Positions 26,569 through 37,163 of a DNA stretch of 64,000 nucleotides are shown here, piece by piece. The first letter of the stretch is position 1. Each line of letters starts with the position of its first letter. The stretch covers positions 16,975 to 80,974 of the forward strand of contig JABRVT010000055.1 of the NCBI GenBank assembly GCA_040048245.1. The letters are read 5' to 3'. Source of the DNA: Candidatus Brocadia sp. Its GTDB lineage: Bacteria; Planctomycetota; Brocadiia; Brocadiales; Brocadiaceae. The notes under the pieces were generated by a model. The model was not told the origin of the DNA, searched no databases, and saw nothing but the letters and a program-made list of their open reading frames with translations. The translations under genes and the position numbers were made by a program.

Positions 26569-28920
26569 TTATTGTTTTTGAATGAGTACCGTATCTATGG
26601 CATCGTCAATCTTTTGAATATAAACGCACCGGATTTTGTCGCGGATTTCCTTGTCAATTTCTTCGTAATCGTCTTTATTTTTCAAAGGGAGGACAATTGT
26701 TTTCACTCCAGCCCTTATGGCAGCAAGCACCTTCTCTTTAACTCCCCCGATAGGTAACACATTTCCCGTCAGTGTAATCTCCCCGGTAAGCGCCACCTCT
26801 CTTCTTGCCGGTCTGCCTGTCAATAGCGAGATCAGCGCCATACACATCGTAATACCGGCGGAAGGACCGTCTTTTGGTATAGCACCCGAGGGAACATGGA
26901 TATGGATCTCAGATGTATCGTAGAAATTCTCATCGATACCCAATCGTTTTGCATTACTGCGGACATAGCTGAGTGCTGCAATGGCAGATTCCTGCATAAC
27001 GTCGCCCAACTGGCCTGTAAGAGTTAATTCCTTTTCACCCTTCATCCGGGACGCCTCCACAAAGATAATGTCACCTCCCGTTTCTGTCCAGGCAAGGCCG
27101 GTAACCACTCCAATACGGTCTTCTTCGTCGGTAACCTGATAGAAAAACTTTCTTGGACCAAGAAATTTCTCCACGGTCTCCGGCCTTATTTCTTTTGTGA
27201 CCTGTTCTCCGGCAACTATCTCTTTGGCAATCTTCCTGCAGATCGACGCAATCTCACGTTCGAGGTTCCTCAGTCCGGCCTCTCTGGTATATTCCCGGAT
27301 GATCTTGTAAATGGACTGGTCATGAAATATGACAGGATGGTTTTCCAGTCCGTTTTCCTTAATTTGTTTTGGGATCAGAAATTGATGTGCTATTTTTAAT
27401 TTTTCGTCTTCGCTGTATCCGGGAAGATAGATAACCTCCATCCGATCCTTCAATGCGGTATGAACAGTATCAAGGATATTGGCTGTTGTGATGAATAGCA
27501 CATTTGAAAGGTCAAAAGCCACATCAAGGTAATGGTCTACAAAACTGACGTTTTGTTCTGGGTCCAGGACTTCCAGCAGTGCGGAAGCAGGGTCTCCCCG
27601 AAAATCTGCGCCAATTTTATCAATCTCATCGAGCATGAATACCGGATTACTTGATCCTGCGCGGCAGATTTCCTGCATGATACGGCCTGGCAATGCACCT
27701 ACGTATGTACGCCGGTGTCCCCGGATCTCTGCTTCATCGCGGATGCCTCCCAGGGAGATGCGAATGAATTTTCTACCCAGGGCACGCGCAATTGATTTCC
27801 CCAGTGATGTCTTTCCCGTTCCTGGAGGGCCGCAGAAACAGAGGATGGGGCCTTTCAGTTTTTCTTTCAATTTGTGTACCGCCAGGAATTCAAGGATACG
27901 CGCTTTAACCTTCTCAAGGCCGTAGTGGTCTTCATTTAAAATCCTCTCTGCCTGGCTGATTTCCAGATTGTCGATTGTTTTTTTATTCCAGGGGATATTA
28001 ATGAGATAATCCAGATATGTTCTGGAGACCGGATACTCGGCCGATGCGGGGTTAATATCCCGCAATCTGTCTAATTCTTTAATAGCCACTTCTTCTACCT
28101 CCTTGGGCATATTTGCCTCTTTAATCCTTTCTTCCAGTTTATTGATTTCTTCTATATGGGGGTCTTCTTTTCCCAGTTCCTTCTGAATAGCACGCAGCTG
28201 TTCCCGCAAAAAATATTCACGCTGGGTTTTAGACATTTCTTTGGCGACTTCTTCGTCAATCTTTCCACGAACTTCTTTTAACTGAACTTCTTTATTTAGA
28301 TAATGAAATACGACCCTTAGTCTTTTCTGGGGATCGAGCATCTCCAGTAATTTCTGCTTTTCGTTAACGGGTAATTCCAGATAAATGGCTACCAGGTCTG
28401 CCAGTATTGACGGGTTATTAATGCTGTCAATCATAGAAATAATTTCTCTTGGCAACCTCTTCCCCAGCATGGCGCTCAGTTTGAAGAGCGTTATAACGCT
28501 CTGTATAAGCACGTCTATCGTCTCGGATTTTTCTGTAAATTCACGGACTTCTTCCACCCGTGCCCTGCAGTAGGGTTCTGTTTGTACGAAATCTGTAATC
28601 CTGATCCGCACCATACCTTCCACAAGGGCATTTACATGGTCTGAAGCAGATTCTAGTACCTGGACAACCTTTACTGCAGTTCCAACCTCGTAAAAATCAG
28701 CAGGTTTTGGCGAAGCGAGATCATACTTCAGCGCCACAATGCCAATAAATTCGTTTTTAGAAACAGCATCATTTACCGCCTTTACCAATCCTTCTCCGGT
28801 CAGTTCTAACGGCAGAATCAGGTGCGGAAAAATTACGTCGTCCCTTAGCGGAATAATGGAAATGATTTCCGGCAGGGTTCCGTTACTCCGTTTGTGAAAA
28901 GAAAACTGGGCTTTTCTCAT
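26569..28920 (-). CDS. lon: Lon ATP-dependent protease
   Basis: LON N-domain, Walker A GPPGTGKT, LDEIDK, catalytic PKDGPSAG, GGVKEK. Confidence 0.96.
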   Translation of the reverse strand: MRKAQFSFHKRSNGTLPEIISIIPLRDDVIFPHLILPLELTGEGLVKAVNDAVSKNEFIGIVALKYDLASPKPADFYEVGTAVKVVQVLESASDHVNALVEGMVRIRITDFVQTEPYCRARVEEVREFTEKSETIDVLIQSVITLFKLSAMLGKRLPREIISMIDSINNPSILADLVAIYLELPVNEKQKLLEMLDPQKRLRVVFHYLNKEVQLKEVRGKIDEEVAKEMSKTQREYFLREQLRAIQKELGKEDPHIEEINKLEERIKEANMPKEVEEVAIKELDRLRDINPASAEYPVSRTYLDYLINIPWNKKTIDNLEISQAERILNEDHYGLEKVKARILEFLAVHKLKEKLKGPILCFCGPPGTGKTSLGKSIARALGRKFIRISLGGIRDEAEIRGHRRTYVGALPGRIMQEICRAGSSNPVFMLDEIDKIGADFRGDPASALLEVLDPEQNVSFVDHYLDVAFDLSNVLFITTANILDTVHTALKDRMEVIYLPGYSEDEKLKIAHQFLIPKQIKENGLENHPVIFHDQSIYKIIREYTREAGLRNLEREIASICRKIAKEIVAGEQVTKEIRPETVEKFLGPRKFFYQVTDEEDRIGVVTGLAWTETGGDIIFVEASRMKGEKELTLTGQLGDVMQESAIAALSYVRSNAKRLGIDENFYDTSEIHIHVPSGAIPKDGPSAGITMCMALISLLTGRPARREVALTGEITLTGNVLPIGGVKEKVLAAIRAGVKTIVLPLKNKDDYEEIDKEIRDKIRCVYIQKIDDAIDTVLIQKQ

Positions 28921-30059
28921 TGTCTCAATTCGGCGACTGGTTGTCCTCTCAGATGCGTTTTCTTTGCTACTTTGGCGGCATAAAGCGCCTTGCTTGCCTG
29001 TTCAATTAAGTCAGTGATGCTTTTTGTCGACGCAGTAACGGAACTTGTTCCCACCGTTACCGCAAAATGAATATTCAGATTTTTTTCTTCGTCCTTTACG
29101 AAACACTTATCTACTGCATTTACAAGGAAATCTGATATCCTGTCCAGTTCACCGTTATCAATCTCCGGCAACATAAGCAAGAACTCATCGTCCCCAAACC
29201 GGGAGACCGCATCAGATGATCGTATGTGTTTTTGAAGACATTTTGATACTTCCAGAAGAATACTGTCTCCAATGAAATATCCATACCGGTGATTGAGGGA
29301 TTCAAGGTGGTCGATATCCATCAGCAGGCATGATAATGCCTTGTTTTGAGTCCGTGCCCGGTTAAACTCGTTCTGCAGGATTACGAGTGCATATCGTTTA
29401 TTATAGACACTGGTTAAACTATCCCGCACTGCATAATGATTAACCATGTCATTTAACTGATGTATTCTGGCATTTAAACTTTGCAGGTTCCTGTTGGCCG
29501 TTTTTTTCTCGTCAGAATTAACTAAAATACCATTATAGTGGGTTACGTTGCCCCATTCATTCCTGATGGCATTGAGATGATCGGAAACCCAGCTATACGT
29601 CCTGTCTTTTTTTAGTAACCGGTATTCTATCGCTGCTTCATTTCCATTTTGCAGGCCTCGGATTTGGTTCGATACCTTTTCCCTGTCATCGGGATGCACC
29701 AGCTGGAGCAGGAAATTTCGTGTTTTGTAAATTTCATCAGGTTTGTACCCTGCCAGCTTTTCTATCCCGTCGCTGATGTATTTCACAGTGCCATCAAACA
29801 TGGAGATGTACACAACCTCCGGGACGACATTCATGACCCTGTGAAATAATCTTTCAGAAACGTCATTCGATTCATTTCTGTTTGCTTCATTGCGCTCATC
29901 ATTATTAACCAGAAACTGCATGGTACAGCAGAAAGCCAGAACCACCAGGCCGAAAGCGAGCCCGTTCAGTTTTAAAATACTTACCATGGAGCAATTTATG
30001 GCAATCAAAATTCCTATAGCGCAATACTTATATTTACTGATAAGTGTTTTTAACGACAT
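28917..30059 (-). CDS. Membrane-anchored PAS-PAC + degenerate GGDEF (GDDEF) protein
   Basis: Two N-terminal TM helices; PAS (VHPDD, WVSD); GGDEF fold with RSSD I-site and RFGDDEF; stop overlaps the lon ATG. Confidence 0.85.
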   Translation of the reverse strand: MSLKTLISKYKYCAIGILIAINCSMVSILKLNGLAFGLVVLAFCCTMQFLVNNDERNEANRNESNDVSERLFHRVMNVVPEVVYISMFDGTVKYISDGIEKLAGYKPDEIYKTRNFLLQLVHPDDREKVSNQIRGLQNGNEAAIEYRLLKKDRTYSWVSDHLNAIRNEWGNVTHYNGILVNSDEKKTANRNLQSLNARIHQLNDMVNHYAVRDSLTSVYNKRYALVILQNEFNRARTQNKALSCLLMDIDHLESLNHRYGYFIGDSILLEVSKCLQKHIRSSDAVSRFGDDEFLLMLPEIDNGELDRISDFLVNAVDKCFVKDEEKNLNIHFAVTVGTSSVTASTKSITDLIEQASKALYAAKVAKKTHLRGQPVAELRQ

Positions 30060-30110
30060 TCTTTTTTCCCAAAAAGTTCTATACAATCAAGGTATTATCT
30101 TAAAAAGCAA

Positions 30111-31982
30111 TCAGGATATCCGGGTAACAGGTATATTTCTCCCATTGGCCTTGTGTAGTTCTTCCAGAAGTTTTTTCAGCTCTTCTCCTTCAATAACCTC
30201 CTGTTCCATAAGTGTTTTTGCCATACCCTGCAAAATCTCCTTTTTTTCCGTTAATAATGCCTTTACCCGATGGAACGATTCGTCCATGATTTTCTTAATT
30301 TCCAGATCTATTTCCCGTGCTGTTTCCTCGCTGTATTCCTTACCGGCAGCAAATCCGCCGCTTAGAAAGAGCGGCCTGTCGCCTTGCTCGAATGTCATCA
30401 GACCCATTCTATCACTCATACCGTACTCCTTCACCATCAGTTTGGCAATCTCGGTGGCCTTTTCCAGATCATTCTGAGCGCCAGTGGATATTTCGTTAAA
30501 GACAATCTCCTCTGCAACCCGCCCCCCAAGTAATATCGCTATCCGGTCAAGAAGTTCCGATCGGGTCATGAGATACCGGTCTTCGGTTGGTTTTTGCAAC
30601 GTATATCCCAGCGCTCCAATGCCACGCGGGATCATCGAAATTTTGCGGACAGGGTCTGCATGCGGCACAGAACACGCAACCAGCGCATGACCCGATTCGT
30701 GATGGGCAACGATCTCCTTTTCCTTCTTATTCATCAGGCGTTTCTTTTTTTCGAGACCTGCCATAAGGCGGTCAATCGCTTCTTCAAATTCCGGCATACC
30801 AACGGCCTTCTTGTTTCTTCGTGCTGCAAGCAAGGCCGCCTCGTTTACAAGATTGGCAAGGTCTGCCCCGACAAACCCGGGCGTCATGGCAGCAATTGAA
30901 TGTAAATTGATCTCTTTTTCCAGTTTTACCTCTTTTATATGTACCTTCAGTATTGCTTCACGGCCATGAAGATCGGGCCGGTCAACAACTACCTGACGGT
31001 CAAACCTCCCGGGCCTTAGAAGGGCGGTGTCCAGCATCTCAGGGCGATTGGTGGCGCCCATGATAATTACACCTTTGTTTGAATCAAATCCATCCATTTC
31101 CACCAGCAACTGGTTTAGTGTCTGTTCACGCTCGTCGTGTCCGCTCATAGGGTTTGATCCACGGGCCTTGCCAAGGGCGTCAAGTTCATCAATAAAGATA
31201 ATGCACGGTGCCTTCTGGTCTGCCTGGCTAAATAAATCCCTCACCCGTGCAGCGCCGACACCAACAAACATCTCAACAAACTCTGAACCGCTCATATTAA
31301 AAAAGGGAACTCCAGCCTCGCCGGCCACAGCCTTTGCCAGGAGGGTTTTCCCAGTTCCTGGGGCGCCCACGAGCAAAACGCCCTTTGGTATCTTTCCCCC
31401 CAGGGCGCGAAATTTTTCAGGGGTTTTTAAAAATTCAATAATTTCCTGTAATTCCTCCTTGGCCTCGTCGATTCCTGCCACATCGTCAAAGGTAACGTTC
31501 AGATCCTCCTGTGCATATAGACGGCCTTTACTTTTACCAAAGGTCATAATACTGCTGGCAGGACCGAACCGTTTAAATACAAAGCGCCAGATAACAAACA
31601 AGATTAATAGCGGCATTATCCAGGAGAAAAAGAATGTTTTGAACCATGGACTCTCGTAATGCCCTGCATACCTGACTCCCATGGACTCAAGGTCTTTTAC
31701 CAGATCAGGATCATCCACGCGGGCTGTAATAAAAACCGCATTTTTTGTGGTGCCACGTTCTATCTCACGCAGTTTACCGCGAATCATTGTATTTGTGATA
31801 TGACATTCCAGGACTTTTCCATCTTTTACCATCTTTTTAAAATCGCTGTAAGTGATATCTCTTACACCGGGATTCATCAAATACATCTGCAGCAAGATAA
31901 AAAATCCAAAAGTAATAATAATATGCCAGATGGAAAACTTCTTTGGCATTTTAAACTGTATCTTTTTGAAATCCTTAAACAT
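30111..31982 (-). CDS. ftsH: FtsH ATP-dependent zinc metalloprotease
   Basis: Two TM helices, [26 protein letters not shown]. Confidence 0.96.
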   Translation of the reverse strand: MFKDFKKIQFKMPKKFSIWHIIITFGFFILLQMYLMNPGVRDITYSDFKKMVKDGKVLECHITNTMIRGKLREIERGTTKNAVFITARVDDPDLVKDLESMGVRYAGHYESPWFKTFFFSWIMPLLILFVIWRFVFKRFGPASSIMTFGKSKGRLYAQEDLNVTFDDVAGIDEAKEELQEIIEFLKTPEKFRALGGKIPKGVLLVGAPGTGKTLLAKAVAGEAGVPFFNMSGSEFVEMFVGVGAARVRDLFSQADQKAPCIIFIDELDALGKARGSNPMSGHDEREQTLNQLLVEMDGFDSNKGVIIMGATNRPEMLDTALLRPGRFDRQVVVDRPDLHGREAILKVHIKEVKLEKEINLHSIAAMTPGFVGADLANLVNEAALLAARRNKKAVGMPEFEEAIDRLMAGLEKKKRLMNKKEKEIVAHHESGHALVACSVPHADPVRKISMIPRGIGALGYTLQKPTEDRYLMTRSELLDRIAILLGGRVAEEIVFNEISTGAQNDLEKATEIAKLMVKEYGMSDRMGLMTFEQGDRPLFLSGGFAAGKEYSEETAREIDLEIKKIMDESFHRVKALLTEKKEILQGMAKTLMEQEVIEGEELKKLLEELHKANGRNIPVTRIS

Positions 31983-32320
31983 AAAAACTCCTTAGATAGA
32001 AATCATACATTGTAAATATTTAGAGATAATACCTCAATTTCTTTATCTGTACAGCATTTTATAAAAAAGATTGAATATTTTCTATCAGTTTATTTTTAAT
32101 GGTCGCCATAATTCTATCTCCTCAATCGCTGTAATATTAATTTTTTGATAGTTTTTTAAAAATTTCCAGTAATGATGCGCTTATCATGTGATGTAGTAAC
32201 AATTCATGAATTGCCACTACATAATTACAGCTAAGACATTTACAACTCTCAATGCTTTCAAAAAAACTAAATTGTTACCAATCGCTTACTTTTACCGTGC
32301 TTGCGCAGCAAAAATCTCCG

Positions 32321-34033
32321 TTACTTATTCCATTCCTTTCTCTTCCACCCCAGAAGCATATCAGTATACTCCCCGTGTTTCCAGAAAGGATATGAGTTGT
32401 GTTTGATGCCTAATTTCTCCTCGATTGCTGCAAAGCGTTTGAGTTTGCTGGCCTCATCCTTGATCTGCACCAGCCAGCGGTCCTGTGCCCATTCCCAGTA
32501 GCCGTAGATGGGGCTGTAATAGGCATTATGGGCCTTTGCCTTATAAATAGCGCCAATGATGTCAACTAACATCTCATAGGTTAACCGTTCTATATTAGAG
32601 ACATTGTATTTACGCATCTCTCCCTTTCCCGGCATCAGGCTAAAGACATTATGTCCTCTGGAATCTGGGGCGAGGTCGCCGGGCATGGGATCAATCAGGT
32701 TGTCTGTATACAAGGCCATTACGATACCCATTGCCTCGCGATATTTGGTAAAACTCAGCTTCACTGCCTCATCCATGGCCTCTAAATGGTCTCTGGCAAA
32801 TCGTGGTGAATGGCAGCCCTTACAGGTGTTGATCCATGAATCCCGCGTTGCCTTGTACCGATATGCCCCTCTGTCCACCAGAGATGTACCCATATACGTA
32901 TAAACGGTTGACATCCTGGTGACATTGTGTTCTCCTTCAGGCATATGACAATATGCACAGGTCGGGACGACGTAATTCCTGGCATTGAGAGGTCTTGTCC
33001 AGTCCCAGGCCTGTCCCTCTCCCTGGTAAATCATACCGTGATACGATTGCATATACATCTCATATTCATATTGCTCAGGGCCGGAATGGCATACCCCGCA
33101 ACTGGTAGGTTTCCTTGCCTCAGCTGCTGAAAACCTGTGGCGTGTATGACATCCATCACATCGGTTTTCTGCAATAGCATGGCATGCAAGGCATGCGGTC
33201 GTCTCTTCGGCGGGTTTCTCCATCTGGCATCCCTGATCTATCAATTCCAGATGATAGGCGTGGGCATGTGCGCCACGGCCACCATCGCGATGCCCCTTCA
33301 GTTGTTTTTCATGACATTCTCCACAAAGGATATAATCAGGCATCACGAGCCGCTCATGATTCTTTCCGTGGCATCTGTCACATCCAACCACTTCCTTGCC
33401 TTCGGTTGGTGTTCCATGTCTGCTTTGCTTCCATTGGGTTACAATTCCGGGGTTTTCCAGAATATGACAGGTAACACACTGTTCGTTAGTAAATTCGCCG
33501 GTTACAGTACTGCCAGGATTAAAGTTTTCGGGATTAAAATAATATGCCGGATCATACCATCGGATTATGGGTAAGAATTTATACATATGCCCGAACTTTC
33601 CTTTCCCGGGAAAAAGTTTCTTTGGACCCGTGTAATAGCTTGCAAGCCCGCCTGCACTGTAGACGTCTCCTGAATCGTCCGGCCCCACCTTTTCCCCCAG
33701 GAGTTCCGCCATTTCATGACGGAATCTCATATTGCCTGGTATCTTCCGCGGCGTAGCATTTGTCTTGACTACAGGTGTTTCCATGGTCCTGGGTAATTGC
33801 TCAAAATCGAGAGGAACTCCCTGGGGTTTTATAACTGCCCCTTTATCCCCTTCTTCGTAAGAAGAGAATGGTGGAGGAGTTTTCGCTTGATGCTGACTAA
33901 AATCAATTTGATGGCCGGTATCCATTAACTCCCATGCGAAAGAATGGGATACAAGAGGTGGAACGAAAAATGTGCTTATGAAAAAAAGATTACTAAGAAA
34001 AAAAGTGGGCGTATTTCGATAAAATTTGTTCAT
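32321..34033 (-). CDS. Hydroxylamine-oxidoreductase-like octaheme cytochrome c
   Basis: Signal peptide and eight CxxCH motifs (CVTCH, CDRCH, CGECH, CLACH, CDGCH, CGVCH, CAYCH, CKGCH) in HAO spacing. Confidence 0.93.
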   Translation of the reverse strand: MNKFYRNTPTFFLSNLFFISTFFVPPLVSHSFAWELMDTGHQIDFSQHQAKTPPPFSSYEEGDKGAVIKPQGVPLDFEQLPRTMETPVVKTNATPRKIPGNMRFRHEMAELLGEKVGPDDSGDVYSAGGLASYYTGPKKLFPGKGKFGHMYKFLPIIRWYDPAYYFNPENFNPGSTVTGEFTNEQCVTCHILENPGIVTQWKQSRHGTPTEGKEVVGCDRCHGKNHERLVMPDYILCGECHEKQLKGHRDGGRGAHAHAYHLELIDQGCQMEKPAEETTACLACHAIAENRCDGCHTRHRFSAAEARKPTSCGVCHSGPEQYEYEMYMQSYHGMIYQGEGQAWDWTRPLNARNYVVPTCAYCHMPEGEHNVTRMSTVYTYMGTSLVDRGAYRYKATRDSWINTCKGCHSPRFARDHLEAMDEAVKLSFTKYREAMGIVMALYTDNLIDPMPGDLAPDSRGHNVFSLMPGKGEMRKYNVSNIERLTYEMLVDIIGAIYKAKAHNAYYSPIYGYWEWAQDRWLVQIKDEASKLKRFAAIEEKLGIKHNSYPFWKHGEYTDMLLGWKRKEWNK

Positions 34034-34231
34034 GTTTTGATTCCTCCAGATGCGAAAATATGGCAGCCGTACTATAATAATCGGCGCAAGTACAAGGTCT
34101 GCAAATACTTAAAAGATAGTATTTTCAAGTTTCAAGGTGCCGCTCCGCGACAAGGTCACTACGATGAATAAATTTATCGTAATAGTTTGGTTTTTTGAAG
34201 GAAAAATTCGAGGAATTTCAAATGCCCCATA

Positions 34232-34296
34232 ATCCCCGTAAACGCGGGGAAATTTATCCCCTCCCCGTTTACGGTGAGGGAAGGGGTGGGGTAGGG
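34232..34296. repeat. CCCCG/CCCTCCCC...GGGAAGGGG palindromic repeat
   Basis: ATCCCCGTAAACGCGGGGA and CCCTCCCCGTTTACGGTGAGGGAAGGGGTGGGG; related to 1801-1840. Confidence 0.55.
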
Positions 34297-34341
34297 TTAA
34301 CCGAATACCAGTTGCCTAATGCCTAACTAAAGCATAGGAAT

Positions 34342-35184
34342 TTATATATTAAACCAAGTTGTTACCCAGATATATTTGATGTGAAACACGAGTCTCAAGA
34401 ATATCTTTATAGGCAGTGCCAGCATGGATAAGAAAAGAAATGCTACAATGGAATATCGGATAATACCGAGTTTTTGTAATGCCGTGTTTTTCCCTGTCTT
34501 CATAAAACGGTATGGGATTGCCATGCCCATGAAGAAATATCCAATTACAACTGCTCCACCTAGAACAAACCCCAGGAAAGATCTGGAATTAACACCAATG
34601 AAACTGGTCAGGTCATAGTTGGTTTCTGCTACGATTCGATGCGGGTCCCATTCCTGCCAGGGCCAGAACCAGAGCCAGCCAGGCCCGCGCATGAAGACTC
34701 CAACAATAATCAGTAATATCCATAAGATATGGAATCCGAAGCAGAAGGTAAGCATGGCAAACTTCCGTTCCTTGAAGGTATAGTATCCGTTTCCTTTTGG
34801 ATTAAAATCCACGAAGGGTATGGCCATCAGCCCTATGATAATGAGCATGGGAAAAACGACCCCCGCAATCCATGGATCAAAATAGACAAGCATTTCCTGA
34901 AGCCCCAAAAAATACCACGGCGCCTTTGCCGGATTCGGGGTCATGGTAGGGTCAGAGAGTTCCTCCAGTGGCGCATCAAGCAGGATAGACCAGACAATGA
35001 GGATAATCATACAAATGATCGCCGCCAGAAATTCTTTTCTTATCAGATACGGCCACGTGGGTATTTCACTCTCGGATACTTCTAAGTCTTTTTCCCTGGC
35101 AAGTGTAGAGCCTTTAATAAAGGCAAGCGCCCTGTATCTACCCCTGTCTTTCGGTTCATCTTGTTTGTTATCCATCTTTTCCAT
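34342..35184 (-). CDS. petD: Cytochrome b6 subunit IV-like (C-terminal half of a split cytochrome b)
   Basis: PLEE..DP..TPNPAKAPWYFLGLQE (PEWY-loop variant), followed by TM helices. Confidence 0.85.
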   Translation of the reverse strand: MEKMDNKQDEPKDRGRYRALAFIKGSTLAREKDLEVSESEIPTWPYLIRKEFLAAIICMIILIVWSILLDAPLEELSDPTMTPNPAKAPWYFLGLQEMLVYFDPWIAGVVFPMLIIIGLMAIPFVDFNPKGNGYYTFKERKFAMLTFCFGFHILWILLIIVGVFMRGPGWLWFWPWQEWDPHRIVAETNYDLTSFIGVNSRSFLGFVLGGAVVIGYFFMGMAIPYRFMKTGKNTALQKLGIIRYSIVAFLFLSMLALPIKIFLRLVFHIKYIWVTTWFNI

Positions 35185-35191
35185 TACCTTG

Positions 35192-35302
35192 CTAAAGAGG
35201 CTGGATAAATATTAAAAACCAAAAATTAAAGATAAAAATGACAATCAGAAGATAAAGAGTTGTAAAAACAAACCTGTTGAATGTGTGTAACAATTTTTGC
35301 AT
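35192..35302 (-). CDS. Putative 36-aa single-TM peptide inside the bc operon
   Basis: MQKLLHTFNRFVFTTLYLLIVIFIFNFWFLIFIQPL ends 7 nt before the subunit IV start; no clear RBS. Confidence 0.3.
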   Translation of the reverse strand: MQKLLHTFNRFVFTTLYLLIVIFIFNFWFLIFIQPL

Positions 35303-35450
35303 TTTGACTTTACGCTGGTTCAGTCCTTGAGCCTGAACCGAAACATTTTGATTCAATCTACAGGATTGAGTGAGCAGAAGAACACCCCATAATCCATCTA
35401 CACCTACTATGGGAAAACGCAGGGGAAAAGTTGCTAATAGCCGGTGGTTT

Positions 35451-37157
35451 CTACTCCTCCGAATATGCAAAACGCCTCATCGTGATGGCATTTACCGGGC
35501 AGCGCTTAACGCACAGTCCGCACCTGATACACTTTTCTTCATCTATAACCATAACAGCATCCCAATCTCCTGGAACAGTACTACCATCCTGTAAGGCATC
35601 TGCTACCTCAACGTTTTCACGGGAGACCATGGAGATACAAGCGTAGGGACAAACGTCAATACAACCGCCGCACAACACGCATTTCTCGTCAATAAATATG
35701 TTGTAATGGCAGAGCAGGCAGCGTCCCGCTTCCTTAAATGTATTTTCCCTCGAAAGTCCCCGTTCAACCTCTGCGTTCAGATTCCACCTTTCTTCCATGG
35801 GAAGGGCATCCTGCCTTTGTCTTGGTATGGAATCATAATCAGGCATCCTTTCAGAAGGAGATTGTTCTTTATAATAAAATTTGTATCCCTTCCTTTCCTC
35901 ACCCGTTAGAAATTTATGTATCGACTTTGCAGCCTTTCTCCCATCCGCGACCACCTCAATGATATTTCTGGGACCGGTGATGCAATCGCCGCCTGCAAAT
36001 ACGCCCTTTCTGGTAGTCATGAAACTTTCGGGGTCTACAATCGGCATCCCCCAATGGTTGATTTCTATTCCAAACCTTTTTGATAGAAATCCGGTGTCCG
36101 GCGATTGGCCGATAGCCGCTATGATCATGTCAACGGGTATAATGAAATTACTTCCTTTTATGGGGATTGGACGCCTGCGGCCTTTTTCGTCCGGTTCGCC
36201 CAGCTTGTTTTTTATACATTCGAGCTGCGTCACCTTTCGATCATGTCCACCGATTATTCTTACAGGAGAAGTCAAATAGTTCATCTTTATGCCTTCTTCC
36301 TCTGCCATCCTTACTTCCGTTTCTCCAGCCGGCATTTCTTCTAAAGTCCTGCGGTAAATGATAAAGACCTCTTTTGCGCCCAGCCTCAGCGAGGAACGCG
36401 CACAGTCTATAGCGGTAAACCCACCTCCAATAACTGCCACTTTTTCAGGGACATCTTTTATTATTCCGAGATTCGCGTTTTTCGTAAAGGTAACGCCGTG
36501 CATTACCCCATTAAGATCTTCACCAGGAATATCAAGCATCTGCGATTTATGGGCGCCAGTTGCAATGTAAACGGCGTCATATTCCTTTAATAATGTACCG
36601 AACTTGTCGGGTGTGTCTACAGGGCTGTTTAAACGGATATCGGCCCCAAGATCCTTTATCCAGTTCACTGCGTCTTCTATCGTATCACGGGGCAATCGGT
36701 ACGGCGGGATACCCACGCTTAACATGCCCCCGGCGAGGGGGAGCGCCTCATAAATGACGACGTCGTGTCCCTTGAATGCCAGATCATGCGCTGCTGCAAG
36801 ACCGGATGGGCCGGAACCTATTATTGCAATGCGCCTTCCTGTTTTTTCTTTGTTCATCGATTTTATCGGAGACTTTTTAGAGGCGAATTCTGCCGCACTC
36901 CTTTTCAGCACGCATATTGAGATAGGTTTATCAATTGCCCCGCGGCGGCACGCAGTTTCACATGGATGGGTACATACCCTGCCAAGGATATGGGGAAAAA
37001 GGTTCGCCATGAAATTAAGGCGCAGAGAGGCGTTAAAGTCCCCGTAAACGATGCGTTCTATATAATTCATGGCTGGTGTGTTGACAGGGCATGCGTACTG
37101 GCAATTAATATTTTCCCTGAACCAGTGGTCATCGGCTTTGACTATTTTGTAGTCCAC
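35451..37157 (-). CDS. FAD/NAD(P)H oxidoreductase (GltD-like) with Fe-S clusters, subunit of the bc-type complex
   Basis: CQYACP, GRVCTHPCETAC, GSGPSG, GGGFTA, GGDC, RCLLC, CVLCGGCIDVCP, CIRCGLCVKRCP. Confidence 0.92.
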   Translation of the reverse strand: MDYKIVKADDHWFRENINCQYACPVNTPAMNYIERIVYGDFNASLRLNFMANLFPHILGRVCTHPCETACRRGAIDKPISICVLKRSAAEFASKKSPIKSMNKEKTGRRIAIIGSGPSGLAAAHDLAFKGHDVVIYEALPLAGGMLSVGIPPYRLPRDTIEDAVNWIKDLGADIRLNSPVDTPDKFGTLLKEYDAVYIATGAHKSQMLDIPGEDLNGVMHGVTFTKNANLGIIKDVPEKVAVIGGGFTAIDCARSSLRLGAKEVFIIYRRTLEEMPAGETEVRMAEEEGIKMNYLTSPVRIIGGHDRKVTQLECIKNKLGEPDEKGRRRPIPIKGSNFIIPVDMIIAAIGQSPDTGFLSKRFGIEINHWGMPIVDPESFMTTRKGVFAGGDCITGPRNIIEVVADGRKAAKSIHKFLTGEERKGYKFYYKEQSPSERMPDYDSIPRQRQDALPMEERWNLNAEVERGLSRENTFKEAGRCLLCHYNIFIDEKCVLCGGCIDVCPYACISMVSRENVEVADALQDGSTVPGDWDAVMVIDEEKCIRCGLCVKRCPVNAITMRRFAYSEE

Positions 37158-37163
37158 GAGACA

